DNA of 60,544 nt, the filler included, from Gonapodya sp. JEL0774 (taxonomy: Eukaryota), in the NCBI GenBank assembly GCA_027604505.1. It is 10 parts of 10 records of this genome, joined end to end, with 100 filler letters (N's around TTAATTAATTAA, not from the genome) between each part and the next. Parts side by side here need not be neighbours in the genome. Positions count along the whole stretch, not along the records: positions 36,505 to 42,455 come from JADIIX010000647.1; positions 42,556 to 48,501 come from JADIIX010000648.1; 8 more parts are not named here. The stretch is one strand, 5' to 3'. Below are positions 36,505-48,601 of this stretch, piece by piece (the first letter of the stretch is position 1; every line of letters begins with the position of its first letter). Both the position numbers and the translations under genes were made by a program. The notes beneath the pieces were generated by a model. It saw nothing but the letters and a program-made list of their open reading frames with translations, searched no databases and had not been told where the DNA came from.

Positions 36505-38807
36505 GTGCAAGATATTCAAGATGGGACAAGCTGGCTGCACGTGGAACCAGGCCAAGAAATTCCCGTAGCGAAGGCAAAAGCCGAGATCGTTCGTCTAGGA
36601 ACCACTTGTAAGTATCCAGCAGATCCTTCAGCATCATGGCGGAGATTCCTCACGACAACAATATTTTTGTTCGCAAAGATGGTCTGGCAACTCGTTACAC
36701 CTCGTATATCGCAGTACGAACTGATGACGAACCGGCTTCGGCGAAAACGGAGAGAACGCGAATTGACGTTCCCAGCAATGTGAGTTTCTGTGGACCCAAA
36801 GCTCTGTTTCAAACTGACGAAAGACGGTGTCAGTCTCCCATCGGTGCAGGAGGCCGACTATCGTCCGCTCAACCGGCGCCTGCTCGAACACGAACTGACA
36901 GCTCGAAGAGTGATGCCGGCCCTGGTAGCTACCCCGTCCTCCCGAAGCCTCCTTCGAGTGCGCCGATGGAGTCGCCTCCAACACTTCCAGGCTTCTCCCC
37001 GGTCTCCAAGCCTGTTTCGAATTTGCCTTCGATCTCGCCCTCTCCGCCTTTCTCGTATTCTCCACCTGTCTCGCACTCACCTACGGTTCCGAATTCACCC
37101 CCTATTTCGAACCCCTCTCCGGGCTCCCATTTCATACCAGTTTCGAATTCACCGCCTGTATCGAACACACCGCCAGTCTCACATTTTATACCAATCTCGC
37201 CGCTTCCACCGGTCTCGTACTCGCCACCTGTTTCCAACTCACCTTACGCGTTACCAGGCTCAGATTATTCGCACGGCGACTCACCACCACCACCACCACC
37301 ACCACCCGACAATACCGTTCCTCCGATCGGGCAATCCCCACCGAAAAACGACCAGTCTCCGCCCGCTGCATACCCTCCGATCGGATCGGCACCGTTATCG
37401 GACCGACCCTCCCGTCCTGGCCGTCCCATCACACAGACGACGCCCGCAGACACGCCCGTCGAAGATGATCTTCTCCAAAGTTCACCATCGAAAGGTGACC
37501 AGTCACCCTTGGTCGCGGACGCTCCGGTATCGTACGGACCCTCCCGGCCGGGCCCGCCCGTCACCCAACCATCGGATGCGGACTGGGCCGTCACGCCCGT
37601 CGAGGCAGATGTCCCCGAAACTGTCGCGGACACTGATGCTTCGGTATTGGACACACCGGTATCGTACCTACCCACCCGTCCAGGCCGGCCCGTCACCAAA
37701 CCGTCTGTGCCAGTGTCCGCGCCGGACCCCGACTCCGACAGTGCGAATGGACCTGCATATGATGTCGCGATGCCGGCCGAGGCGGACGGCGGGGGAGATG
37801 GTGGTACGGTGAGTTGGTTGCAATGTGGACGCACTGCTGCATCGCGCGGAGAGATCTCACGGTGTCGTTTTCTTTCCCACGGCAAGGTGGGGGTCGGGGG
37901 AGCTGGAGGTGTGCTTGAAGAAGGCGTGCTGGACGGCGTTGTGCTGGGCAGGGTTGGGGACGGAGGACCAGGACGACCGAGTGGTGGTGGTGGGGTGAGT
38001 CGCTTCATGTTGTGGAATCAAACGATCCATCGTAACGCTCGGTCTCACCGGTGTCGCATTTTTCCACGTTACAAAGCATATCGGTGGAGCGGTGCTGGAA
38101 GAAGGCGTGTTGGAAGAAGGCGTGCTGGAAGGTGGGGACGGATGGGGGAGGGGAAGTGAGGACGGAGAGGAGGTCGATGGAAAGGAGGGACAGGAGGGAG
38201 AGGAAGGAGAGGAAAGAGAAGATGAAACGGCGGATGTACCGCTTATGGGAGTGTTTCCGACCGAGGGGAAGGAGAGGAAGAAGCGCAAGGTGGGCAAGGT
38301 GGGCCAGGGACAAACCACCGGTACGTATAAAAACGCCTGCGGCCCTCACGAGGTTCGGATGTAACGAGACAAATCCTCACTCGATTCGCCACCCTCGTGC
38401 GTCAAAACTGACAATCCAACAGGCACAAGCACAGGCACGGGCGTGAACAAGCCTTTGCTCACACCAGATTCGCACGGGGATGGCGGGGATGGGTGGACGA
38501 GCGTGGATGGGGCGAGTTACACGGGGGAGGTGGCGGAGAGCGGTACTACGAGCGAGGGTGGGGAGGAGAAAACGAGGTGGGTTTGCGCGGGGTGTGCTCT
38601 GGTTCCTACTACTTGCTGACACGCGGCCCCCCATCCTCGGTCCTCCTGTTGGTCTCCCTCACACCTCTTTCCAACTCGATTCACTCCAACACCCGCAACA
38701 GTTACAACAGTAAAAGGACTGTCAGATTCATATGGGCTTGCGTGGTGGTTTCGATCGTGGTGGTGGTGGTGGTGGTGGTGGTGTCGGTGGTGGTGAGCAG
38801 GCGGTAG
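36505..38807 (+). CDS. 3' part of a VIT-vWA (VWA5A-like) protein with Pro-rich repeats, an acidic Gly-rich region and a poly-Val TM tail
   Basis: Spliced AKAEIVRLGTT/YGLATRYTSYIAV matches the post-vWA helix and TSFVAV motif of VIT-vWA proteins. Further in-phase exons end RFIWACVVVSIVVVVVVVVVSVVVSRR*. Confidence 0.6.
37010..37245 (+). repeat. Imperfect 18-bp coding tandem repeat (P-V/I-S-N/H/Y-S-P hexapeptides)
   Basis: Recurrent CC(G/A/T) GT(T/C/A) TCG AA(T/C) TCA CC(G/C) units. Confidence 0.7.
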
Positions 38808-40541
38808 TCAGGGGAGGGTGGTGGTGTAGAGACATGTGGGGCGTGAGCCGATGATGAGGATCTGTAATCAATGGGGGAATGGGTTTGAGAAACGATTTTA
38901 TTGTGTATGTACATCAACCCGGCGACGAAGTTGGCTTGGTGTGGGATGAGGGACAGGAAGGAGGAACCGTCGGGGGATGGTATTTGGTCGGGAGATAGAT
39001 TCGCCGGTGTCAGCGGGTCTGTGGTCACAGTGTGACATCCAACAAAATCTGCCTTCTGTATCATTTTCTTGTTGTGTTTTTGCTAACTTGCGCTTCTCAT
39101 GTCCTTCTTCGCATGTCGGACACCCTTGATGTGTGCCTTCAGCCCCCTCTCAACTGACCGCCCGTTCCTTATCCCTTGCTTTGCTCTCATTCTCTCTGGC
39201 CATTATTGACCCTCCTCTGTTTGCCTTTTTGCTGCCGTACGCCTTCTGTGATTTCTTCGTTACGGTGAGTGCATCATCCCCCGTCTGTCACCCTAGGACC
39301 GACTCTGACCAATAGAGTGTGTAGTATGAACACACAATAGGAAATATGAGCGCGCGAGTCCATGCTCTGGCGTGCTCACATGACCAATAGAGTCTGCTCA
39401 CGTGGAGAGACTGGTCAGGTGGACCGTTCTTCACACATGCGGCTAATCTACTTCTACCCTGTGGTCCTTGCACTTTCCATGTGAGCTATGGTGTGACACC
39501 ATCCCACCTGTCTCCTGCACGGGCGGCGGAAACTTCAGGACAAATATTGCTCCGACCATCTGCAATATTTGGATTACTCTACATCTAGTATGTATGTTGC
39601 GTACCGCCGGCTATACCTGAAGAACTCAAGCGACGAAATACACATCCTACGAAATCAAGCCCCTTCCATCCAAGCAAGACATCATCTACTCGTTGGCTTG
39701 CTGGTTACCAACTAAGGAAGCTCCGGACTTCTCAACCGGGATTGCTGGCTTGGCCGATTGTAGGCCCTGCACAGATTCACGAATGATGCCACACACATGC
39801 AAATCAGCCCCTGATTCCCAAACTCGATCGCAGACTTCGAAAGCTCCTTTTCTAGAAGCACTGGTAATAAAATGAGCACGCTATTGTACACCTAGATGTT
39901 GTGGAAAATGCATGAGGACATTTATTACCTCTCATTGTGCAACTGCAAAGAACATCTGCCGTTAAATGGTTTGTGTTGTCCCAGAAATATTTTCGGATCT
40001 CCGCATCATTTCTATCACCCCCTGCATTCCCTTGATTGCTCGCTGCCTCTGGGTGACCCTGTTGACGCCTGGCGGGGAGCAGAGACGACTTGTCGCTTGT
40101 GCTTCCGCCACGTGCAAGGGCAGGGGGGGTTCTCTCCTTTCGACCACGCGCCTCCCCACGCACGCAAGCCCCACAAAGGGAGCGCAACAGTCGTGGAATC
40201 CCTGCATGTATGTGGGAGCACCGTAAGGGCCACACGAAGGTGGTCCTCTGATCTGTGGAATCCAGTAAGATGATCTTTGCAAGCACTCAAAGGGACCAAA
40301 AGAAGTTTGCGAATTTATTTATAAATCTATCTACAGTTACCATTGCGTGCTCATTTTAGCACCAGTGAATCTAAAAAAGGGGGTTTCGGAGTTTGTGAAC
40401 AAGTTTAGGATCCAGCGGCTATCATATCACATATGTACAACACAAATTATCTCATGAATGGTGCGAAATTAATTGCAGCGTGGGAAATTGACCAGCAGGG
40501 TCAAGTCGCGAGGTTTCGACACCCCATTCTATTCCAATTTC

Positions 40542-42455
40542 ATGCTAGGTGAAGCTCCGACGGGACGATCCGCAGTGAGAAAGATCGCTCGCCGCGTCGA
40601 AAGAGAATTCGTCGTTGATGTACGTCAATAGAATTTTCAGGAAACTCATGCGAACGTTCCAAAGAGGCCAGCCGACCCCGACGATGGCTACAAAAGGAAT
40701 CCATCAGTAGACGAGCACAATCATACTCTGGTCGTGGATTCTGGTGCTGGCTCGTTGCGAAAGGTGGCACAATCCCCGGAAAAGGGAACTGCCGAGTGGG
40801 AAATACGGGAACACGATGTCGTCCTTGAGCACAAGGTTGCTCAAGGAGGGTATGGCGAGGTATGTGAGGCTGCAGGCCAGTGTTTCCTGGTCTCAGTGAA
40901 AGAATCGTCCATCATATGGATTGCAGGTCTTCATTGGGACATGGCAAAGTGTGCCGGTTGCCGTGAAGAAGCTTCTCTCTCATGCACTTACCGCGGATCT
41001 CAAAAAGGTGCAGCAAGCACGTGTGAATTGACTGTCGTGCAGTGTTCGTGGACCGAACTGTCGCCCGCAGGATTTCATGGACGAGGTTTCGATTTGGCAT
41101 AAACTACGACACCCCAACGTTATTCTTCTTCTGGGAGCGTGTGTAGAATCTCCGAGCCCGTTCATGGTCAGCCAGTTTATGGAAAATGGTCAGCCTGGTT
41201 TGATTTATACCCTGTTCCCGTCGTTCACATCCCTCTTTCCCCCTTGTTCACGCCCTCAGGTGATGTCATCAAATACCTCCAGCTCAATGCAAACATGGGT
41301 CCCGTGAGAAAAGTTGAGCTGGTTTGTTAAAATGCATTCGCCTGAAGGCCCTCGGTGTCTGAAAAGTTAATGACACGGTCGTCTGCGCTTTGCCCTCTGA
41401 TCACCATCATCTTCCGTCCAATGTAATTCCTTCTATGGTCTACTGGCAATACATTTTCTCCTTCCTGTTCTCTCGGGCCTTTTACAAGATGGGAGATATC
41501 GCCAAGGGAATGTCGTATCTGCACAGCAAGAACATTATTCACTCCGATCTGAAAAGCCTCAACGTCTTGGTGGACTCAATGGGCCACGGCCTCATCACGG
41601 ACTTTGGGTTTGCCCACGTGCGGTCGGCGTCACCACTTATCGACCTTCCAGGCACTGCCATTTACATGCCACCAGAGAGATTTATATATGGAGTCACCGA
41701 CAAAGCTGGTGACATGTACGCTTTCGGAATCACTTGCTACCAGGTGAGGCCGCAGCGTTCTCTCCCCGTTGTGAAATCCAATACCTCACTACTAAGGAAC
41801 GTGATGGTGAAACAAGATTTGGACCAACAGCAAGCCATTTGCTGGTGGCCCACAAGGCGATGAGCTCTACAAGAAAATCGCCTATGAAGGATACCGGCCG
41901 GACCGAGTGAAACCGATGCTCGATGCGCCTCCTGAGTTAATCAAGATTGTACGGGAATGCTGGGATGAAGATCCGAAGAAACGACCACCATTTTCGGGAC
42001 TCATAGTGAAGTTGAGCGATCTCTAGTGAGTTACGAATTGTGAACTAATCCGACGAAGTCTCTCACACAAATTGTTGGGGTCTCTGTCAGTTATGAATTG
42101 AAGCAAAAGATGCCGGCTGCCCCAAAAGTGGCCACGCTATCGGTTTCTAAGCTCCAGACTCTGCCAGGAGGATCTCGAGATCTTGGAGGGGCACCATCGC
42201 AGATTCCATCTGGACCGATTGAACTTCCAAGGCCCATGCCGTCCACCAAATCACCCACCACACAAGAGACCTTCTCCACGCCACATCATTCTTCATTGAC
42301 TGGGATAGTCGCTGGGCTCGGAGCAACTTTGTGGGGTCTTTTCGCAGTCCCATTGGGAGCTTCTTCCCCGCCGTCGCCGGTACCACTGAGGACTGTGGCG
42401 ATCGCTGTCAGCATTGTTGATTGCATTGCCTGTGTCACAATCTCGCAGACATATT
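40542..42455 (+). CDS. Tyrosine-kinase-like (TKL) protein kinase, non-RD, with C-terminal hydrophobic segments; 3' end cut by the contig end
   Basis: WEIREHDV, AQGGYGEV, VAVKK, HPNVILLLGAC, HSDLKSLNVLV, DFG, GTAIYMPPE, DMYAFG and CWDEDPKKRP. Start is approximate. Confidence 0.9.
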
Positions 42456-42555
42456 NNNNNNNNNNNNNNNNNNNNNNNNNNNNNNNNNNNNNNNNNNNNT
42501 TAATTAATTAANNNNNNNNNNNNNNNNNNNNNNNNNNNNNNNNNNNNNNNNNNNN
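42456..42555. other. Artificial contig spacer
   Basis: N44-TTAATTAATTAA-N44. Confidence 0.99.
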
Positions 42556-43491
42556 ACTGTTGGTCTCGTCTACGCTGCTGCCAAGCTGAACCTCCCGGTC
42601 AACATCGTTGGCATCACTGGTCTGACGGAGAACATGCCGTCTGGCACTGCAACAAAGCCTGGGGATGTATTCAAGGTGCCTTGCTGTGACCCGGCTCACC
42701 AGAAAAATGTTCCTTCTGATCTCTTGTCCTTCGATAGGCCATGAACGGGATTACTATTGAGGTCGACAACACCGGTGCGCACAATATGCTAGCGTTGTTG
42801 AGTTCCTGCGGCCGACCCCGGCCAATCTCTCATCCCTCCGTATCGATGAACAGATGCCGAAGGTCGCCTCGTGCTTGCCGACTGCCTTTACTACGGCTGC
42901 ACCGCATTCAAGCCCAGCGTTTGCATCGATTTCGCCACCTTGACAGGTGCCATGATGATCGCTCTGGGCGATGTTTACACGGGTGTCTTTTCCACTTCAG
43001 AAGAGCTGTGGTCGAAACTCGACAAGTCGGGAAAATCCAGTGGGGATCCGCTGTGGAGGATGCCGTTCGATGCTGAGTACAAGAAACAGATGAAGGTTTG
43101 TTTGTCGTTTCCTCCATGTGTTGGTTGCCGTATTGTAACTCGTCAACCGTACCACCTTTTCCAGTCCACTACGGCCGACATTAAGAACGTCGGTGGCCGT
43201 GCCGGCGGTTCCTGCACCGCTGCAATCTTTCTTCGGGAGTTTATTCCGGGTCTGCCTAAAGACGGTGACGAGGAATCAACCGCCAGCGACGTGATCCAGT
43301 ATGCCCACTTCGATGTCGCTGGAGTTATGACCACCAGCAGTGTACGTTGTTTGCAAAGGTTTCGAGACGAATTCTCTTTCGCTCATGCCAACTAATCAAT
43401 TTTTGCACAGGCTGCCGGATATTTGAACTTCAAGGGCATGAGCGGGCGACCGCTTCGAAGTGTGCTCGACTACCTGCGGACGCAGGTTTAA
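42556..43491 (+). CDS. M17 leucyl aminopeptidase, C-terminal part
   Basis: ENMPSG..KPGDV, spliced [12 protein letters not shown] signature, [19 protein letters not shown] and AHFDVAG. Confidence 0.95.
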
Positions 43492-43627
43492 CTCCGTGGT
43501 ATTCGTTTGCAGGGGAGTTTTATTTCGCTGTACATACTCATAAACCGAATAAGCAAATCCAAAACGCCCACGAGTTTACGTGTGCAGCTTCGTCGTCCTC
43601 TTGGGAAAGTGTCCAGTTGGGATAGAA

Positions 43628-45358
43628 TCAAGTGTTTATGCCTTCCCCCTTGTCGCTCGCCACCATGAATTGCTTCGCTCTTCCATCTGCCATTGCCTTT
43701 TTCGGTGGAACTACACCGCGCTCCACCTGCACCGCCCGCCACACCTTGCGTGCCGCCAGCAGAGACGCTTCCGCAATGTCAATCTTTCGTCGGAGGGAGG
43801 AAAGTTCGGCAAGGAGGCGGGAATGGCGAGCCTATCGTAGTTGCCATCAATACTTTACCCACACACTCTCGTTTCGGTTTGAAGCTCGTTCTTTCGAGGC
43901 TGTACAGTACCTTCAAGTCCACGTATTCAATCACTTCGGGGACTTTACATCCCTTACCCATATCCTCCAGCTCCTGTCGCACACGATTTTGCCGCTCCAG
44001 TTCGTCTTTCACGGCAGCGTGTTCGGCGCGGAGTTTGGAAAGGAGCTCGGTGCGGGAGGTGATGTCGGCGCGGAGTCTGGCGCAGGTGGTGGTGAGAGAG
44101 GCGAGGGATTGCTAGGAGGGCGGGGAGGTACAGAGTTGACGCTTTGATCGATGAGTCGTTTGAAAAGGAGCGATGAAGCTCGAGTCTGCACCTTGTAGTG
44201 GTTCAATATCCCCACGCCGCGTCCGGCGACGACCTTAAGGGCGACGACCTCGGCGTTTCGCTCCTCAATCTTGGCGACGTATTGTCTGTTTTCGATCTGC
44301 AACTGGTCAAAGTCAATGGCGTGGAGCACCTCGCCCATTTCTTCCTTTTGGTGCAGTTGTGTCCGGAGTTTGTGCAAGGTCGTGCGTAGGGTGGAGGACT
44401 TGAGGCGGAGCTTGGTGACGAGGGTGTCCTAAAAGAGAGTGAATCTTGAAGGTTGGAGCTGTAGAAGAGCTTCAGAATGGGGACTAGGGGGATCGCTTAC
44501 CTGTGCCCGTAGTCGGTCCTCGTAGTCGCGGACCACTTTCTCGGCAATCACCTTACCTGTTCTCTCGTTCACTCCACCGACAACCACATCCCTCTGAAAC
44601 TCGTAAGTGAGTTTTTTGTATTCCATCTGGCGCACCTCGAGCTCCTCCATCTCGGCCTTCAGGCTATCTTGTATCCTTTCCCACTCCGTCTTTTTCCTCT
44701 CCATCTCGTCACGCTGCTCTTCGAGTTCCCGAGTTGCTATCTCAGCTTTCTGGTCTGGAGTGAGCGCGACAGGCTGCGCGTGAGCTTCTTTGGTTTTGGT
44801 ACCGCCACCCTTTTTGGCTGCTCGGCGTCCTACTTGCGGGGTTGCTTGGGACGCTGCTCCTTGGGAGGAGGTCTGAGTGGCATCCCCTGCCATAGTCTGC
44901 CCACCGACGATGCCGTTGTTGGCCAGCTCGTCCGCGGTTTTCTTTCCGTCGCCACCTCCTTGGTTTCCGACGCGTCCCAAGAAAGAGGCGAACATTTTGT
45001 TTTCAAGCTCCAAGTTTTCATTCTTTTTGGTCAGCTCCTCCAATATTTGCACCAACTCTGCGTCGGTGCATGATGCTAGCGAGCTCGCCAGATCCTCCGC
45101 TGTTCCCCCAATCCCTCCTCCCCCGGATCGCGCCCAGCGACTGCTCGTGCTTGGAATCGACGATGTCTGGCTAGGTACCAGCTGCGGCTGCGGCAGAATG
45201 CTTTCTCGCTGTGCTGCAGCAGCAGGAGTCTTGTTGCCTGCTGTTGAGGAAGTGTGCACGTTTGCGTTGGACGTTGCTCGATTCGCCGAGTCGCTGGTGG
45301 TGGCGGGCCGAGACGTGGCTTGCAGAGAGAGGTGTGATGACGTCACTGAATGTGCCAT
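43628..45358 (-). CDS. CCDC113: Cilia/flagella coiled-coil protein CCDC113 (CFAP263)
   Basis: LELENKMF, LTPDQKAEIATRELE, TGKVIAEKVVR, KLRLK, QKEEMGEVLHAIDFDQLQIEN and VPEVIEYV. Confidence 0.88.
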
Positions 45359-45630
45359 GGATGGACACAGCGAAGGAGATGAAGGGACGAGAGAGACAGA
45401 CAAAGGATTCAGGGTGCTGAAGGGATTCCATGATCACCGATCAGGCGATTCTTACAAGGGGTCAAAATATAACACATTGCGCACAGAAACAGTTTGTGTG
45501 CCCTTTGGCTTACCTACACGGACGGTCATACCCATCAAATGTGCTTAAGCTCATAAGCTCGGCAGCATACGAGCCCGAGACAGTCAAATCACTGGACTTC
45601 CACAAAGCTGGAAACCCCTCAGCAAAGGCG

Positions 45631-47958
45631 ATGTCTTCCTCTGATTCACGATACCGTCCGATTCCGTCATACATTCAGCCGCAGGTGCGAAATTGCGGTC
45701 CGTTGTGCTTGATCAGCTTTGCGTTCTTCATGCTGTACACGCTCAGTGAGTGAATCGGTGAGTGACGCTTCAGTAGTAGGGGAAACACATTGACCTTGCA
45801 AGCTCCCACAGCAACAATACCCCTGCTTATTGTTTATCGGAATGCATGTGCGTTTTCCACTGTGATGTAAACCATGCAGTTATCGTCCCTCAAACCCAAC
45901 GCAGAATTTTGTGATTTTTTTCTAATCAGATGCTATTCAACGCCGTTCCTTCTGGCTCGTACTGATTCAATCTCTATCAAACATTGTTGTGGTCCTAGTT
46001 AACGTCTTTGACGAACTGGTGTGTTGCAACCCAATGCCTTTTGTGAGATGAACGAGCAGTTCATTCCAGCTTGTCATCGTCCATCAGTTCGAACTTCCTT
46101 GTCCAGACTTGACGCGATTTGTTTTTGCACATGTGTGTACGTAAACAAAAAGACAGTTTCCTTGTTGCGATAAGCTGTATACCTTGGTAATCTGAGGTTC
46201 CCAACGCTTGGCTTACGCAGCTGTTGGTGTTCTTGTCTGTTCTCTCGTCATACGTGCAGTATTTCTGTATGTTCGCCTCAAAATTGGTCGCAGGCTGCTT
46301 GTTACGGGAAATCAGATGCAAATACGGACTCCCGATTCCTCCAAACAGAAGTCGACGGAGCGACCTCCAAGTCATCCGAATGACTATGGGGCCAGCTTCA
46401 AATACTCTCACACACAAGACTATTTCACCGAGGCGAACATGCTCAGATTTATGGCATTCTTTGTCGCTGCTTTGATGGTACCTGTTCTGGCTGTTTTCTT
46501 TACCATTGGTCAAGAAGGTTGCCCACCCAACCCTGAATTTGGAGACGATTGGACCATTATCAAAGCTCTCTTGGGCTTGTTTCTAATTGTCTGCCTAACT
46601 ATTGGCGTGGCTCTGAAGAACTCCAACGGTAGGCTTGCTGCGATGTGATTTTGGGGTGTTATGCGCCCGTCCCACGGTTTCCCAATCCACACTTCCAAAG
46701 ATGCCCACGGTATTCAAAGAGATCTTTTCATTTCTTGTGGAGTCGGGTTTCCTCTCTTTGTCAGTTACATCAGTTGGTATGCAATAGATGTCCCCAGCCA
46801 AGTCGAAGGGATTCTCAAGTAAGGAAGAGCGAAGACGTTGGTCCCAAAAGAGTTGTCACAAGACCACTTCCGCCAATATTTCTTCAGTTACTGGAACCCA
46901 TCGACCTTTGTCGTCCTCTGGGCTTTGTGCACGCACACCATGAGCGTCGTCGCACCGCTTGTGAAGTTGCTATTCGACGAGCGCAAACAACGTCAACGAG
47001 GTGTGGGCGAGCTGGCTTCGGATGAAGCCAAGTTCTGGGAGCTTGTTACAAAGAGAGGAGGATCGTGGTCGAAGTTCAAGGAATACGCTGCCCGGGACTT
47101 CTGCGGTGAGTAACGGGGTTACAATGTCCGATCCAGTTTGAAACGCAATATTGCTTACTTTGCTTGTCGGTAAGATAGCTGAAAATGTTGTAGGTCTTGC
47201 CGTTTGCCGCTCCGTTGCCAATAAATCACCATCTACCGCCTCTGCACGCGCAATGCTCAAGATGTTCCTCGAGGAGATTGCCGACCTCCATAAAGAGACT
47301 GCCAAAGCATTACTCAAGGATCCTTCCGCGAATTTGCCCGACCCATTTCCGAAGATCCTCACGAGTCGGGAAGTATCGAACGGCGGTGCCACAGCACTGG
47401 GCAGACTGGTTGCCGTGAATCCAGACCCGCGCAAACCTCATGCCTTTTGGATGGACCACGTGCCCAGTACAGCAGCAAAACACCGAGTTCCTGCTGCGAT
47501 GGAAACCAAGTGGAGGGATGTGTCAGCGCAGTATGTGGAAGAAGGGGGAGTTTTGCAGTTGAATCTCCCGTTTGCTGTTTCTCGAAGCGTGGTTGCAAAG
47601 GTGTGAAATCGAAAGCTTTCTTAAGAGTTCAGTACAACCATTTTCACGTTTATGTCAAACTCTGATAGGTCCACGCAGGTGAACTTACCATGGACCTATT
47701 TGATTGCGTTCTTGCCGAGGTCTTCATGTGAGTGCCGGCTAGGTGACGTGCGTTCTTCCAGAAATCAAATAATGTGCTTGTCGCCCAGGATGCTTCTGCA
47801 AAACACGTTTACAAGTAAGAGTCGGTCATTTATTGCTGAACATCGATTCTCTCACTTACACCATGTATACAATAGAATACAACGATCAGGCGAACACCTC
47901 GCGGCGGGGGAAGAGACACTCACACATTGAAGGGGACGTAGTAATGTTGAATACATAA
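45631..47958 (+). CDS. Multi-TM protein fused to a C-terminal RGS domain (7TM-RGS-like)
   Basis: Several hydrophobic exons (e.g. AIQRRSFWLVLIQ, AVGVLVCSLVIRAVFL), then RGS-like FKEYAARDFC/ENV...YVEEGGVLQLNLP...DLFD..LAEVF/MLLQNTF. Confidence 0.75.
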
Positions 47959-48028
47959 CATTTTCATTGTTCCATGTCTGAAAGCTCCCAGAAGGAATCC
48001 CGCAGACAATAGAATCATCGATAATAAC

Positions 48029-48501
48029 TCAGTTCCTGACATAAAGATACGCCCGTGTCTCGTACGGGAACTCCACTTCCTCCGTGCGCAACACCTCATA
48101 AGACTGCACGAGGTCGCGTACTTGTTTCCGTACTTGATCTTTAGTACATTGGTCCAACGCTGCTATGAAAGATATCGACATCACCCGATCCACAACGACG
48201 TTCTCGGGATGGCCTCGGTGGACACCGGGGGCGGTCCATTCCGGAAGCTCCGTGAAATCCCCGCTCGCCTCCATGACTGTTCTCCACACCCCGCTCTTAT
48301 AACGTGGAGTATCACCTTCGTGTGGCTCGATAATTTCTGTAAGCTTCCGAACCCATTCGACGGACTCGTCTCGCACGTTCCACACCAAACCGAGACGCCC
48401 TCCCGGCCTGAGCACCCTCGCAAACTCGCCGAGTGTGTCTGCACTGGCAAACCAGTGGAACGACTGAGCGCAGACAATTGCGTCCAGTGATGCGGGGGCA
48501 C
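48029..48501 (-). CDS. Class I SAM-dependent methyltransferase (type 11-like), C-terminal part
   Basis: SLDAIVCAQSFHWF...FARVLRPGGRLGLVWNVRD...EFPYET. Confidence 0.85.
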
Positions 48502-48601
48502 NNNNNNNNNNNNNNNNNNNNNNNNNNNNNNNNNNNNNNNNNNNNTTAATTAATTAANNNNNNNNNNNNNNNNNNNNNNNNNNNNNNNNNNNNNNNNNNN
48601 N
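48502..48601. other. Artificial contig spacer
   Basis: N44-TTAATTAATTAA-N44. Confidence 0.99.

Noticed and set aside
36790..37812. 340-aa Arg/His-rich ORF with a poly-His tract
   Set aside because: It is an alternative frame of the Pro-rich exon; the (CCA)n tract reads as poly-Pro in the frame that splices to the VIT-vWA motif.
39000..40400. Possible transposon relic, with GACCAATAGAGT repeated near 39308 and 39382 and purine-skewed stretches
   Set aside because: No transposase, RT or integrase motif, terminal repeats or target-site duplication could be identified.
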